A stretch of 64,000 nucleotides of DNA from Marsupella aquatica (Eukaryota; Plantae; Marchantiophyta). The notes below the pieces were generated by a model that was not told where the DNA came from, ran no database searches, and saw only the letters and a program-made list of their open reading frames with translations. The position numbers were made by a program, and so were the translations under genes. Positions 11,401-24,074 of the stretch are shown one piece after another; position 1 is the stretch's first letter; every line of letters starts with the position of its first letter. The stretch covers positions 1,068,917 to 1,132,916 of the forward strand of contig OZ316892.1 of assembly GCA_973895155.1 (NCBI GenBank), in the 5' to 3' direction.

Positions 11401-14400
11401 AGCAACGCCGGTGGAAGGGAAGAACCACCGGCAAAAGAGAGGCGTGCAAAGAAAGGAGAATTAAAAGGGGGCGAGACAATCGGGAGGCCTTTGGAATCGG
11501 GACCAAGAGAGGGACGAACAACATTAAGTTGGGAGGGATCAATCGGCTCGGGCATTGGCCAGGGAGGTGGAGGAGATAAGCTAAGCCAAAATCAGGGAGA
11601 AAAATACCTGTGATACACTTTTGAGCGGGAATAATTGTCTAGGCTCGGGCGCTGCAGATTCAACTTCCAACTCCACTATTAAGGTAAGAACCTTGCTTCA
11701 TGAAATCATGAACTTGAATTCTACAACTGAACTTGCCAAACAAACAGGGCTAACTTTGAAATGTTGGACTTGATTTCAGGAAGTTAGAATTGTTGAACCA
11801 AAATCACAGGAGAAGGTGTTAGACTCAATTTTTGGAAACTCTTCTTGGACAATATCATTGGGGACAGAATCGTGGAAGAAGTCTTTTTTGATGTTCTGGA
11901 GACCTTGCCTTTTGGAGGTCTTGGTTGGGTGAATTATGGCTGGATTGATGTCTTTTGACAAGGGGGCAATGTCCTCAATATGCTTATCACAACAAAGGAG
12001 ACGTCTACACTGATTGTTGTTGACATTGAGAGATTTTCTGGAAGAGCTGCGCATTGTTACTTGGCTAATGACATTGAGATGATTAGTCAGAATATGAAGA
12101 ATCTGTCGGCAGAAGAAAGCTATGATGAGATTGCACAGCTCATTGCTGGTTATGTGTTTGAACATCACACCAGCACATTGAAGAGTGCAATTTGAAAGTC
12201 TAGGGAGATACTTTGAAAAGCAATAGAGAAGAGTGCTAATGCCCGTCCACCAAAGTCTGGTCCTTCTTTTGGACCTTCTGGATCTCGTCCGAGCTCTATC
12301 CCGGCAAGAAAGATGGTTGTTACATCTCCAATATCTATTGGTGGTTCCGGGGGTGGTTCACAAATTGCAAGATCGCAAGAGGGGACAACTGTGACTGGAG
12401 GATCAGCATAGGGCACTGCCGGTACTCGAACTTCATCAAACAAACGTGGACCAGAGGGTTCTCAAAGTGCAAGACCAAGTCCACCAAAATCCAAGAAGCA
12501 GACATTGGAAAAAGTCTCCACTCATTTGGAGCATAAGGCTCAATCTATGTCCATGGATGCTCGAGTGGTCTACCAGGAAGGTATTTTGATGAGGTGTGGA
12601 GTTCAAGAGGAGATAATCACAATTGACATTGGACAACTTCACCCACCTGTTCGTGAGAAATTTTTGGAGTTGCCAGTGTACTAAGTAAGGCATATCCAAC
12701 CATACTTTCTTACACAATTGACCACAAGGATGAAAGCAACTGGAGCTAGTCCACTAGTAGCACCTTTTGTTCTCTTGGTTGATCCCAATGAGTGCCCAAC
12801 TCGAGGTGATTTTGATTTCTAAAAAAAGAATGATTACCACTATTACGTGATTGGGGGAAATCATTTTGCTTGTGCAAAGGCAGACCTGGCATTACAATTT
12901 CCCAACAACAAGTCATACAAGAGAGTGCAATCTTGGATCTTTGCAGGCTTGTCTATCCAGGAAGCAAGGAACTTAGCTTGGAGTCATAATATAGACTCTG
13001 AATTTCATCAACAGATGAGCACCATCCAAAGAGTGAATTACATTCACATGCGATTTGTGGAGAATGGATCATCATCAAATGTTGATTTCAAGGAGTGTGT
13101 CACTGAAATCAATCTAAAGGACTGGGGTGAACGTAAAGATTCTGAGGTTCTGAATGCCAATGATAATTTATTTCAGTTGATATTTCGTAAGGATCTTGTT
13201 TGGTCTTTCATACGACACATCTTTGACAGATGGGAGAATTATGAAATAAAAGGACAGAAAGGAGATAAGACCAAGAAAAAGATATCCAAGTCTGGAGATG
13301 CACAAATGCTATGTGAGGATATGAAGTTGACTGAGTGGAGACACATGCAAGCATTGAAAGATCCAGACATGATGTGTCCAGTGCTACAAAGGGTTTTGGC
13401 AAAGGAACTATCTCTTCAAGAGATGGGACAGGAATTTCAACGACACAAATTCCAAATGCAAGTGCAAAAAACATTTCTTACTTGTCTTCACGAAGATAGT
13501 TGGAAGAATTGCAAAACCAAGTACCCAGAACACTGCACTGATAATGTGCTGAAGAATTTTGTTCCTGTCTTCCAGACTTGGGTAAGTTTATTTGAGATAA
13601 TTGATTGAGCATTTGTTTTACAATTTTATAGTTGAGTATGTAGGAATCTCATACCCCAATTATTTCTCTCAGAAAGATAGCAGCTCCCAAAAAAAGAAGG
13701 GAGAGAGTGAATAAAGCAAAGAGTTGAAGTCCTTCCCAGATAAGTTCAATGCGCATATTGCACAAGCACAGAACTGGTGGGCAATGAAGACATCTTGCCG
13801 AGAGACCCAGGGAAGTGAACTCCACCCTAATGCTTTTGAGCATCCACAGTTTGGGGATGTGTACTATGATATCTTTACACATGATGCTCAACGGTTGCAC
13901 AAGGTAGTCCCATCACGAGCTTACACATTGGCTTTGGCAGATATTCTTTATGGGTTTGAAATGACTACTTGTCTTCATCAAGACAATGTTGGATGGGGTG
14001 TGGAAGAGATGACCAAGATGGTTCAGTGTTTCAAGGTTGTCACCAAGGCCAATCTTTGGCGAATTATCATTCATCATAGTATTGACTAGTACGATGCTAT
14101 CAAGACTGTCTTGAAAGCTGAGTGTAATGGTTATTTCCAAAATTGTATTTGGTAAGAAATATTTCAAAACATGAATATCTTTTTTTGGTGTTCATGATTT
14201 CATGATGTTGGATTTTTAAACAAATGCATAATGAAAGTTTTGGTTTTTGCAGGGTGAAAGACAATGTTAAGAATGTAGGAGGTGCAAGGCTTAACAACAA
14301 TTTAGAGTGTTTTACCATTGGCTTTCACAGTCAGGATGGGAAACGATCTTTGGAGCATTTCAATTTTGAGACTAATGAGTCTCAAAATAATGTGGTTGTG

Positions 14401-14811
14401 TGTCCAGCTGTGACCAATAAGTTGAAACACAATGGGGATAATAACATGGTGAACTTTAACCAGAAGCCAAGGGTATTATTGGATTGGGAAGTTACTCATT
14501 TTAGCTAGGTTGGAGACTGGGTGCTAAATATTTGGTCAGGGTCAGGCACAGGATTGTCTTCCTCTTTGGCACAAGGAAGACATTGTGTTGCTGTAGAGAT
14601 TGATGAGCGCCAGAGCAGTGTCTTGAAAGGGAGAATTCTAAACCTGGTGGACAACATTGAGGAAGATGACGGCAAGGGCATGGTGGATTCAGATGTTGAT
14701 GTTGAAGAGACCATTCTACCAATACCAGAGATAGGAGTTGAAGAGGAGGAAATCATTGGACTTGACTCTTCAGGAGTTGTAGCAAGTGTTGAGGAAACAA
14801 GAGATGCTTAG
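11100..14811 (+). pseudogene. Intron-containing ParB/Srx-like domain + beta-class N4-cytosine/N6-adenine DNA methyltransferase fusion (start approximate)
   Basis: ParB-like region ~12610-12990: IITIDIGQLHPP...LTTRMKATG..PFVLLVD..YYVIGGNH..A...LSIQEARNLAWSHN. MTase: LADILYG (DPPY-equivalent, 13940-13951), CIWVKDN...NNLECF, then NQKPRVLL..FS*VGDWVLNIWSGSGTGLSSSLAQGRHCVAVEID. GT-AG introns at 13582-13672 and 14152-14252 restore the frame; another is probable at 11684-11779. Multiple premature stops and a few frameshifts. Confidence 0.85.
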
Positions 14812-15221
14812 ATGAGGATATTTCTGTAAGACTTTTTACGGTTGTTTTAGCTACAAAGAACTAGACTTAAATAATGGCAAGTTTTGAGATGTCAATGGCC
14901 TTTGAGCCTAGACTATGATATTTATACTTGTTTTGAGAGGTCTATTCTATTAAAATCAGGTTTTGAATATATTTTTGTCTCAAACAGTGGTGTAAACTCT
15001 AGTTTAAAAATGCAAAGGGTGAATGTTAGTAAAATATGCTGATTTATTGCCTGTTTTAGTACTCAATTTCTCAAAATCATGATTTTTTGGAAAAAGGAAT
15101 TAAGGCCTTAGACCCATCCTTTAAGGTTTTGTGTTCTATGTGAAACTTGGCATTGTCATCCATAGTATCATGGAAATCAACTTCCATGTAATCACCTAGC
15201 ACCCTTGTAGACCTGGATTCC

Positions 15222-15566
15222 TGTTAGGATTTACTCTTAGGTCTAGAGTTACGACTGTACCATAGTTAAGGCTAACCTTAGTTGCAGACTTGGTTAGGTT
15301 ACTCATGCTGTGCTCACTCTATAACCAAGTGGTGTTTGCTTGGAGAGATGGAACTCAGGCTCATTCTTACGGAGCTAGTTGAGAGATAGAGAGAGCTTGT
15401 GCTGTTGATGCTTGGTATGGCCGGTCGGCCTAGAGTGCAGTAAAGCTCTTGTGTGTTCCCATGGACATAGCCTCATGTGGAGGTGAACCACGTATCTCTC
15501 TGTGTCGACTCTTGTGCGTTGGATGGTTCATGGGCTTGCCGTTGCGATTGTCGTTGATTCTCATCA
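15222..15566 (+). repeat. 5' LTR of Copia-A
   Basis: Matches 21085-21429 with about 10 substitutions counted by eye. Confidence 0.95.
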
Positions 15567-16572
15567 ATTGGTATCAGAGCATGCCTGGGAGGAGACGAGG
15601 TCTTTTTTGTGACGGTTTTCCAGCGTTCATTGTCGGTGTTACATTCAGAGTTTCATCGCATGAAACTTGAATGTGTGTGGCTGAACGGATAGATTAGTGA
15701 GAGGGCTTTCTAATGGTGGTTAGAACTCGCTGATCGGTATCCGTGGTGCGGAGGAATCAAAGTTTGCGTTGATCTGGAGTTTTTTTGTGTTTGACGGTAG
15801 TTTGGGGGAGAAACCAGAGATCGTTTTTTCAACGGTTTGAGTTGTGCGGTGCGGGAGGCATCACATGTTATAGCTCATGTTGGAGGTTAAAGCGAGCTGT
15901 TGATTTTGGTAGTTGAGTTGTTGTCGAGTGGTTACCGAGTGCGTCTTGACGAGTGAAGGAGACGTTCAGATTTTTTCACAGGCTATGGAGCTTGTTTTCA
16001 TCTGAACCGGGTTACTCGTCGTCACGTCCATCTTGGAGGAAGAAACGCAAAGTGCTATGGCTCAATGTTTTGATCGCGTCAAGGCGGTCATTTTGAGTCC
16101 GGGATTGGCACTTGACGCGGAGTGAGTGTGACACGATGGAAGATTTTTTCTCTGCTGAGCTCGCAGATTGTGCCGGTGCAATTTGGCAACTTTTCCCCAT
16201 CAGCGGTCATCATTTTTACTCATGGAATTGGCAACAGCAAGCAACGTTGGATGTTGGCAAATTGTGTTTCCTACGACAACTTTGCGCACCACGAAGCTCA
16301 GGTGAGGTGAGGGCACAAGGAAAACGACAAAGTTAGTGAACAGTAACTTTGTTCGGGAATTGCGGCGGGATTTTCGTAGCAATAGGGTTTTAGAGGGCGA
16401 CTTAAAGGGCGCCTCGCTCCAAGGGCAACCCAAGGGAGCCTCGCTCCAAGGGTGACCCGGAGTGACCAGGGGGAGCCTCGTGGACTCCTAGCCTCGTGGG
16501 CTACGCGGCGGTGATTAGTTTTGAGTTTTTTAAGAAGTTGTGAAAAATGTCATTTTTTCATGATTTTCTCAT

Positions 16573-19500
16573 ATGAGTGATTCAGAGGAGATTTTTGAAG
16601 ATGTGGAACTTGAAGCACGAGGATCATCACGGCGGTTTGAGGTGGAGAGAGAGGAGAGAGAGGAGCAGGAGGAAGAGCACGTGACACTGGTACCATCACC
16701 GGTGCGACGAGTGGTGGAGGAAGCTGTTCTACTACCGGAGCTCACGGTAGTGCCAAAGAAGAAGATGGGTACGTTCAAGCTTGGGGGACCCAAGTATGAA
16801 GTGACAAAGTATGATGGGCGCTCTGACTACTTGCTTTGGGAGAAGCAGGTGAAGGGAGTGCTCTATGCTTTAGGGATGGGCCAACTGCTAAGCCCTCATG
16901 AAGACGATGTTGATGAGAAACAATGGGACCGCATGCAGGAGCAAGGAGTGTGGTGTGTTACACTCTATCTCATGCCTCCCATCATCAAGCAGTTGGGTGC
17001 ACATAAGGACTGCATGTCCTTAGTTGCGGAATTGCAGAGCAAGTATCATCGCAAGGAGTTGTCGAACCGGCTCTATACTTCCTACAAACTGATGAGTTTC
17101 AGGATGAAGGAATCCGGTACGAAGTTGCAGGACCATGTGGATGCTTTCAACGACATGGTCGTTGACTTGGAAAACCTTGGGGAGACTTTGAATGATGAGC
17201 CGAAGGCTCTACAGCTTCTCAGTTCATTGCCTCCATCTTACCAATCCCTATCATGGGTGTTGTTGCATCGTGATAGGGATACCATTTCATACAATGACGT
17301 GGTAAGTTCTCTGCTTAGTGATGATCTTCAGCAGAAGATGCACATCACGTCACAGCCTTCATCCTCTGGTGCTGCCCTCAATATTAATCGTGGGAGGAGT
17401 ATGCAGCGACCAACTGGGGACCATAGAACCCAGGTTAGATCTAAATCCAGATCCAAGTCCAGAGGCAAATCCCCTCAGAGAAGGCAGGTGACATGCTGGA
17501 AGTGCAACCAAGTTGGACACTTCAAGCGAGACTGTAAGGGAAAGGCAGTTGAATCTTCATCGGCAAATGTGGCTAGGGTTGATTGGAGATGCTGATTTAC
17601 TCAATGATGAGTATTATTATGAAGCCAGGGGTATGCCCTGTGCACGTCATCTAGAATAGCAGATGATGTGTGGATTCTTGATTGTGCTTGCTCTTTTTAC
17701 ATTTGTTACATTCGAGAGTTTTTCAGTTCTTACTCTATTTCAAAAGGTTCAGTTCTGATGGGAAATGATCACTCTTGTCAAATTGAGGGTATTGGGTCTG
17801 TGAAGATTCAAATGTTTGATGACACTGTGCGCACAGTGTCCGGAGTCAGGTATGTACCTGGCATGCGTAAGAATCTAATTTCACTGGGTGTGTTGAATTC
17901 AAATGGTCATCAATGGATCGTTATTGATGATGAACTTCAAGTCAGGTCGGGAGAGACAGTGATCTTGAAGGGGAGCAAACATAATAATTTGTATGTGTTG
18001 CAGGGCAATACTGTATGTGAAGAGGTCAATGTAACCAAGTCTCACGAGGAGATGACTCATCTGTGGCATTCACGGCTAGGCCACATGAGTGAGAAGGGTT
18101 TGGCTATCTTACGGAAGAATGGACTCATTTCTAATTTGCAATCTTGTAAATTAGAGTTCTGTGAGCATTGCATTCTTGGAAAGCAGCATCGTCGTGCTTT
18201 CGGTGTTGGAACACATCGTTCTAAGGCGGTTCTTGAGTACATACATAGTGACGTGTGGGGTCCATCCTCGACTTCCTCACTCTGGAAAGTTGTACTATGT
18301 ATCATTTATTGATGATTACTCAAGATTTGTGTGGATTTATTTCATGACGCATAAGTCTGATGTCTTATCCATTTTTAAGAAGTGGAAGGCCCAGGTGGAG
18401 AATCAGACTAGAAACACGGTCACGTGTTTGGATACAAGGGTGAAGAGTCTGAGGTCAGACAACGGCGGGGAGTACACTTCAGTGGAATTTGAAGAGTACT
18501 ATTCAGAACAGGGGATAATTCGCCATCTCACCACAGTTTATACTCCACAACAGAATGGTGTCACTGGGAGGCTTAATCGAACACTATTGGAGCGGTCACG
18601 GAGTATGTTGAGCCAATCAAGTTTACCACAAGAATTTTGGGCAGAAACTGTCAATACCACAGCTTATTTGGTAAATATTTCTCCTTCTAGTGCTATCAAT
18701 TTCAAAACGCTGTTTGAGATGCGCTATAAGTGGCAAGCAGACTATCATGGGTTGGTAGTTTTTGGAAGTGATGCATATGCTCTCACACCAAAGCAGAATA
18801 GGACCAAGTTGGATCCTACATCCAAGAAATGTGTTTTTCTTGGGTACCAGAGTGGTGTGAAAGCCTATAGGCTATGGGATCCTATTACCTGTAAGCTCGT
18901 TCTCAGTAGGGATGTTTCCTTCAATGAATCCAGATTATTGAATGAGGGCGAGAATACTCAGGTCTCCCATACTGACAAAGGAAAATCTCTTATCTCGGAT
19001 CTCGTTGAGGGGGAGATTGGTCATGAGGTGCATGATCGAAGAGAAGGAGTTGCTCCAATTATGGAGCTGGTTCCTGTGCCAGAGGAACCAGAGGAGTTTG
19101 TTGATGGTGGTGAGCAGCAAGTGGATGCTACTAAGCTTCAAATATGTACCAGCTAACGCAGATCAACCGGAGTCATCGGCTAGAAGAACATCTGGTCGCA
19201 CTGTACGCGCTCCACCAAGGTATGGACAGTGGGTTGATTCATCTCAGTTGCAAGAGGAGGATTTTGTTACTGAAGATGAGGGTGATGCGTTGATACTAGA
19301 AGAAGGGGAACCTTCTTCATTTCATGAGGCAAGTGCTTCTAAGGAGAAGTAGGAGTGGACTACAACAATGCAAACGGAGATGCAGTCACTGAAGGACAAC
19401 AAAACTTGGGAGCTTGTCAAGCTGCCTGAGGGACAGCAAGTGGTGGACAACAAGTGGATATACAAGCTGAAGGATCAATCCACGGGAGGTGGATTGAAGG

Positions 19501-20894
19501 TCTACAAGGCTAGGTTGGTAGCCAAGGGATTCACACAGGAAAAAAATGTGGATTACAATGAGGTCTTCTCACCAGTTGCTAAGTACTCAACAATACGCCT
19601 ATTGTGTGTGCTTGTTGTAATGTTTGGTCTGCTGCTAGATCAGATGGATATTGTCATAGCCTTCCTCTATGGCACCTTGGAAGAGGTGATCTTCATGAGA
19701 CAGCCACTAGGTTTTGTGAAGAGAGGGCAAGAGGATTTGGTTTGCAGATTGCTCAGATCCTTGTACGGGTTGAAGCAATCACCAAGACAGTGGAATAAGC
19801 GGTTTGATGATTGGATTTGTGCGCAAGGCTTTCATAGGAGTGTGTTTGACCCTTGTGTATATCTTAAACCAGTGAAGAATGTTGTCTTTGGGTTCATTGT
19901 TTTAGTACTTTATGTGGATGACATGCTTATTGCGACCAAGGATAGGTCTGAGATTGTTAAGCTCAAGGCACTGCTTAGTGCAGAGTTTAAGATGAAGGAC
20001 TTAGGGCCAGCTAAGAGGATTTTGGGTATGGAGATCACTAGGGACTTGGAGGCTGGCAAGCTATGGTTGACACAAGGCAGTTATGCGAGGAAGGTAATTG
20101 CAAGGTTCAACATGGGGGATAGTAAGCCAGTGAATACCCCATTGGCTCCACACTTCAAGTTGTCATCAGCTTTCTGTCCTACGGATGAGATAGAGAAGGG
20201 GCTGATGTCAAAAGTTCCTTATGACAAGGCAGTGTGGAGTCTCATGCATTTGATGACTTGCACTAGACCTGATCTTGCCATGGCTATGGACAAGGTGAGC
20301 AAGTACATGTCGAATCCAGGGAAGGTACACTGGGAAGCAGTGAAGTGGATTATTCAGTACTTGAAGGGTACCGTGGATCATGGTCTATTGTTTGATGCAC
20401 ATGCTGATAATGCTAGATCATTGATGGGCTATGTAGATGCTGACTATGCACAGGATCTGGATCGGAGGAGGTCAACAACAGGTTATGTGTTCACATTAGG
20501 AGGTGGATGCATAAGTTGGAGGTCTACTATGCAGAAGTGTATTGCTCAGTCTACTACAAAAGCGGAGTATGTTGCAGCAGCGAAAGCAACAAAGGAAGCG
20601 ATTTGGTTGGATAGACTTATCACTGAGATGAGATTGCCACAGGGGAATGTGAAGCTCCATTATGATAGTCAGAGTGCGCTCCATTTTGCTGTGAACCAGG
20701 TAATGGATAGTAGAGTGAAGCATATCGATGTCAGGTACCATTTTATCAGGCAAGTTGTGTTTGATAATCAGTTTGAGCTAGTCAAGATTGACGGTAAACT
20801 CAACTCGGCTGACGCTTTTACCAAAGTAATTTCTTTGGAGAGTTTTTCTAGACATTGTGATGCGTTGCAGGTTTTGCAATTGCCTCACAAGTAG
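16573..20894 (+). pseudogene. Copia-A gag-pol (gag, PR, IN, RT, RNase H) with stops and frameshifts
   Basis: CWKCNQVGHFKRDC, WILDCACS, WHSRLGH..CEHC, SDNGGEY, YKARLVAKG, LYVDDML, YVDADYA and KHIDVRYHF motifs. Confidence 0.95.
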
Positions 20895-21084
20895 GGTTAC
20901 TTAACATTTGTGTAGATACTGAGATATGCTCTTGCTCATTCCTTGTATAGGCTACGGCTTAGTTCTGGTCTACTCTCGTATAAAGAGGGAAAAACCAGTT
21001 TGGTTTTTCTTTCCAGAACTTCCCGCTGAGCAATCATATAGGGTGCAGTCTTTACCCTCCCTAGACCAGAGTCAAGGGGGAGAT

Positions 21085-21429
21085 TGTTAGGATTTACTCT
21101 TAGGTCTAGAGTTACGACTGTACCATAGTTAAGGCTAACCTTAGTTGCAGACTTGGTTAGGTTAGTCATGCTGTGCACACTCTATAACCAAGTGGTGTTT
21201 GCTTGGAGAGATGGAACTCAGGCTCATTCTTACGGAGCTAGTTGAGAGATAGAGAGAGCTTGTGCTGTGGATGCTTGGTATGGCCGGTCGGCCTAGAGTG
21301 CAGTAAAGCTCTTGTGTATTCCCGTGGACGTAGCCTTATGTGGAGGTGAACCACGTATCTCTCTGTGTTGATTCTTGTGCGTTGGATGGTTCATGGGCTT
21401 GCCGTTGCGATTGTCGTCGATTCTCATCA
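21085..21429 (+). repeat. 3' LTR of Copia-A
   Basis: Direct repeat of 15222-15566, followed by the TSD. Confidence 0.95.
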
Positions 21430-21434
21430 ATTCC

Positions 21435-22198
21435 TTGTGGAGGATTGTCCTCTATGCAATCCTGGTATCATTTGGGTAAAAAAACACTTGTTCTATCTGC
21501 CGTACACCATACGCCATGGACCAATATCCCCGCCAATATTCCACGTTTCTCTACCCTTCACCCCTCTCTTGAGGTGTTTGGCTGTCTCCGGTCCCTCATC
21601 CCTGCACCATGCACGAGGGCACCTACGACATTGTCTGGATAAATTCGCAATTGCCATCTCGATCGATACTCCTTGCAAACATCACAATAATGCCTTGGGC
21701 ATATTAGAGCAACGGGATGTGCATCTGAGTCTCCGTGTACCCCATGAGAGGCAACTCCCTTGCCCTCAGTATGGTCCGCAGACAACCCATGTGATAAAAA
21801 GAAAAGCAGTCATATATCCTATGCACGCTGGACCACAAGTGGCTCATCCTCGGACTCATTTGTAGTGGGCTTTAGGGTTTGGCCAAGTAGTCCACAAGCA
21901 AAGCAGCGACCTTTGTTTTGCTGATAGAGGTCACAAAGCCACTCCTTGGCCCAATCATGCCCTCTAGAAATGACAACACTTGTGCACTCAGGCCCATGGC
22001 CATCAGGCTCCTCAGGATCCTGCTCATCGGCTAAGTAATGGAAATGATGGCTGCAAGGCCCATCGCAGAACAAAACAATACCTCCCTCATCACATTCAAA
22101 ACAACAAGGGGGATCCATGCGAAGGTGCTCTTTATGGGCAAACCTTGGATCCAGCCAGGCAGCAGTAGCCTTGCCATGCCCGATGTGCAATGTACTAA
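21435..22198 (-). pseudogene. EDM2/NSD-like tandem PHD-finger protein, frameshifted and interrupted near its 3' end by Copia-A
   Basis: CFECDEGGIVLFCDGPCSHHFH..C..WLC; CFACGLLG...DCFSFYHMGC (shifted frame)...ICPRHYCDVC; QCRRCPRAWC. Acceptor ctctctcacag| at ~22199. Confidence 0.75.
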
Positions 22199-24074
22199 CT
22201 GTGAGAGAGCAAAAAGTCCATTGAATTAGGAGATGTCCTGTCCACCTAAGTCTCACGGAGTACAATAACTTGGCAAGTACTGCTTGTTGTGTGCTCTGCA
22301 CAAAGAGCAAAAAGTTAAACATGGTTTGTTGAGGATTGACTCTCTCAAAATGTGTTGACTAACACTGGCTATCTATTTGTCTTCTATCAAAGTTGTTGAG
22401 AAATAAACAAAGTAAAAGAGATTGACCTAGCTTACATGCTCAATCAAGAGATTGAGAAAATAGGGGTCATTCAATTGCAGTGGAATGGAAGGACAGCAAA
22501 GTGGCGGCAATCAGGGCCCACCATTTTGGGACCCTTTGTTCTGATAGGCCACCTGTCCCCTACCAGCCTGCCTGAAAATTTGAAATTAAAAAATTTCCCT
22601 TCAGCCAATCAGAAAGTGCCATTCTTTTTCTCCTTTTTTTTCTGACTCATTCCTTATGATTTTTGGGTGCTGTTTTCTGTAAGCCGTAGATCTTTGTAAG
22701 ATCTTCTAAATGAACGATAGATTGCCAACTTTCATTGACAAACAAGATCAATCTGAGCTGTGATTGAAGGCCGTGGACAAGTGCCTGTTCAAAAACACAA
22801 CTAAATCGCGTTTGTGGTGTGCCAACTCTGGGTCACTTAGAGTATAAGTACACTTAGTTGTGGTTTAAGAATGTATTTGCGGTCCTTTGGTACAAAATCA
22901 TCACATCATTATACAACAAAATTACATGCATGCCAAAACTAATCTTACTTGGTTGGGAAGTGTGGCCTAAAACAACCCACATCCAAAATATCCATCATAA
23001 CAACTCCTTCCCGGTGTTGGAAATAGAGCTGAAGCTAAGCGAAAGGACCCTGGCACGGGATTTGGCTAAATATAAATCATAATCCCTAGGAAATACTACA
23101 CCATCAATTTATGTGATGAGAACATGGTCATTGGTGTGAAAACACCATGAAACAAATTAAAATCTGCCAAAACTAAACTCAGTAGGGACTCACATGAAAT
23201 TGTCAGTTCATTAGATCTCTGTTGCACTTGCAAGTCAGGAATATGTTACCTGGCTTGACAAGTGTTACTACTTTTGAGCCAATGTGACACTAGGAGACCC
23301 ATTCAGCAATGGCCTGAGCATTCTGGCATTCCTTCAATTGTTACACGAATACTTTGCTTTGCTGGTCAAAGTCAACATCATGGTTATCACAAAATAGTTA
23401 TCAAAATCAAGACTTTGTGATGTACATGCAACCAAATTCTCAAGCTAAGAGAGTCCAAATTCAGTCCGTGACAAGTCCATTTGAAACCAGATCAATGTTT
23501 GATCAAATGAATTGTATTAGTTTGTTGAGTTCAAGTTCCAATCATAGCTAGCAGTTGTCTTGAGTGCAAAAGGCCGCAAATCTCCCTCCAGGTGCCAATT
23601 ACCCTTTAACAAAGAGGTTATTAAGTTAGTTATTAGTCATTGCTTTGTATACGAAAAAAACTTTTTTCAGCTGAGCCTGCAGCCTCCGATCAACCATGAA
23701 CCGAACTATTAGGTGCCATGGATTTCTGGATTTGTGCCTAAACTTGCGAGATAGTTACAAATTAAGTGTTGATTCGGCTAGTTTTCTTATGATAGTCAAA
23801 GATCCGGTCAGTGCCATAACTTTTATGAGTTTTCATTATATTTGAGTTAGAGGAGGACCTTATCTTGTAAAACTTGGTTTAGACACCCTAATGTGATAAT
23901 ACAACATGGTTCTTCTGGTTAGGCATGTACCATGGTTCTAACCAGACACATAAATATGCACTCTGTTGACTTCCTGTAGTCACTTTTTCATCTGAACCGC
24001 ATAAAGGCCTTTTACAGTTTTGAACTCTCATGATGGTTATGGACAGTCAAGTGAAGGGTGCCCGAACACAAACC

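Larger units (their letters stand above)
15222..21429 (+). mobile_element. Full-length Ty1/Copia LTR retrotransposon (Copia-A), degraded
   Basis: 345-bp TG..CA LTRs; TSD ATTCC (15217-15221 and 21430-21434); tRNA-iMet PBS TGGTATCAGAGC at 15569; PPT AAGGGGGAGAT before the 3' LTR. Confidence 0.97.

Noticed and set aside
11100-14811. Bacterial or phage contamination as the source of the ParB-MTase
   Set aside because: The gene has frame-restoring spliceosomal introns and is embedded among plant retrotransposons.
22960-23000. DILDVGC peptide on the minus strand resembling a SAM-binding motif
   Set aside because: Lacks the following GxG and any other methyltransferase motif; too short to call.
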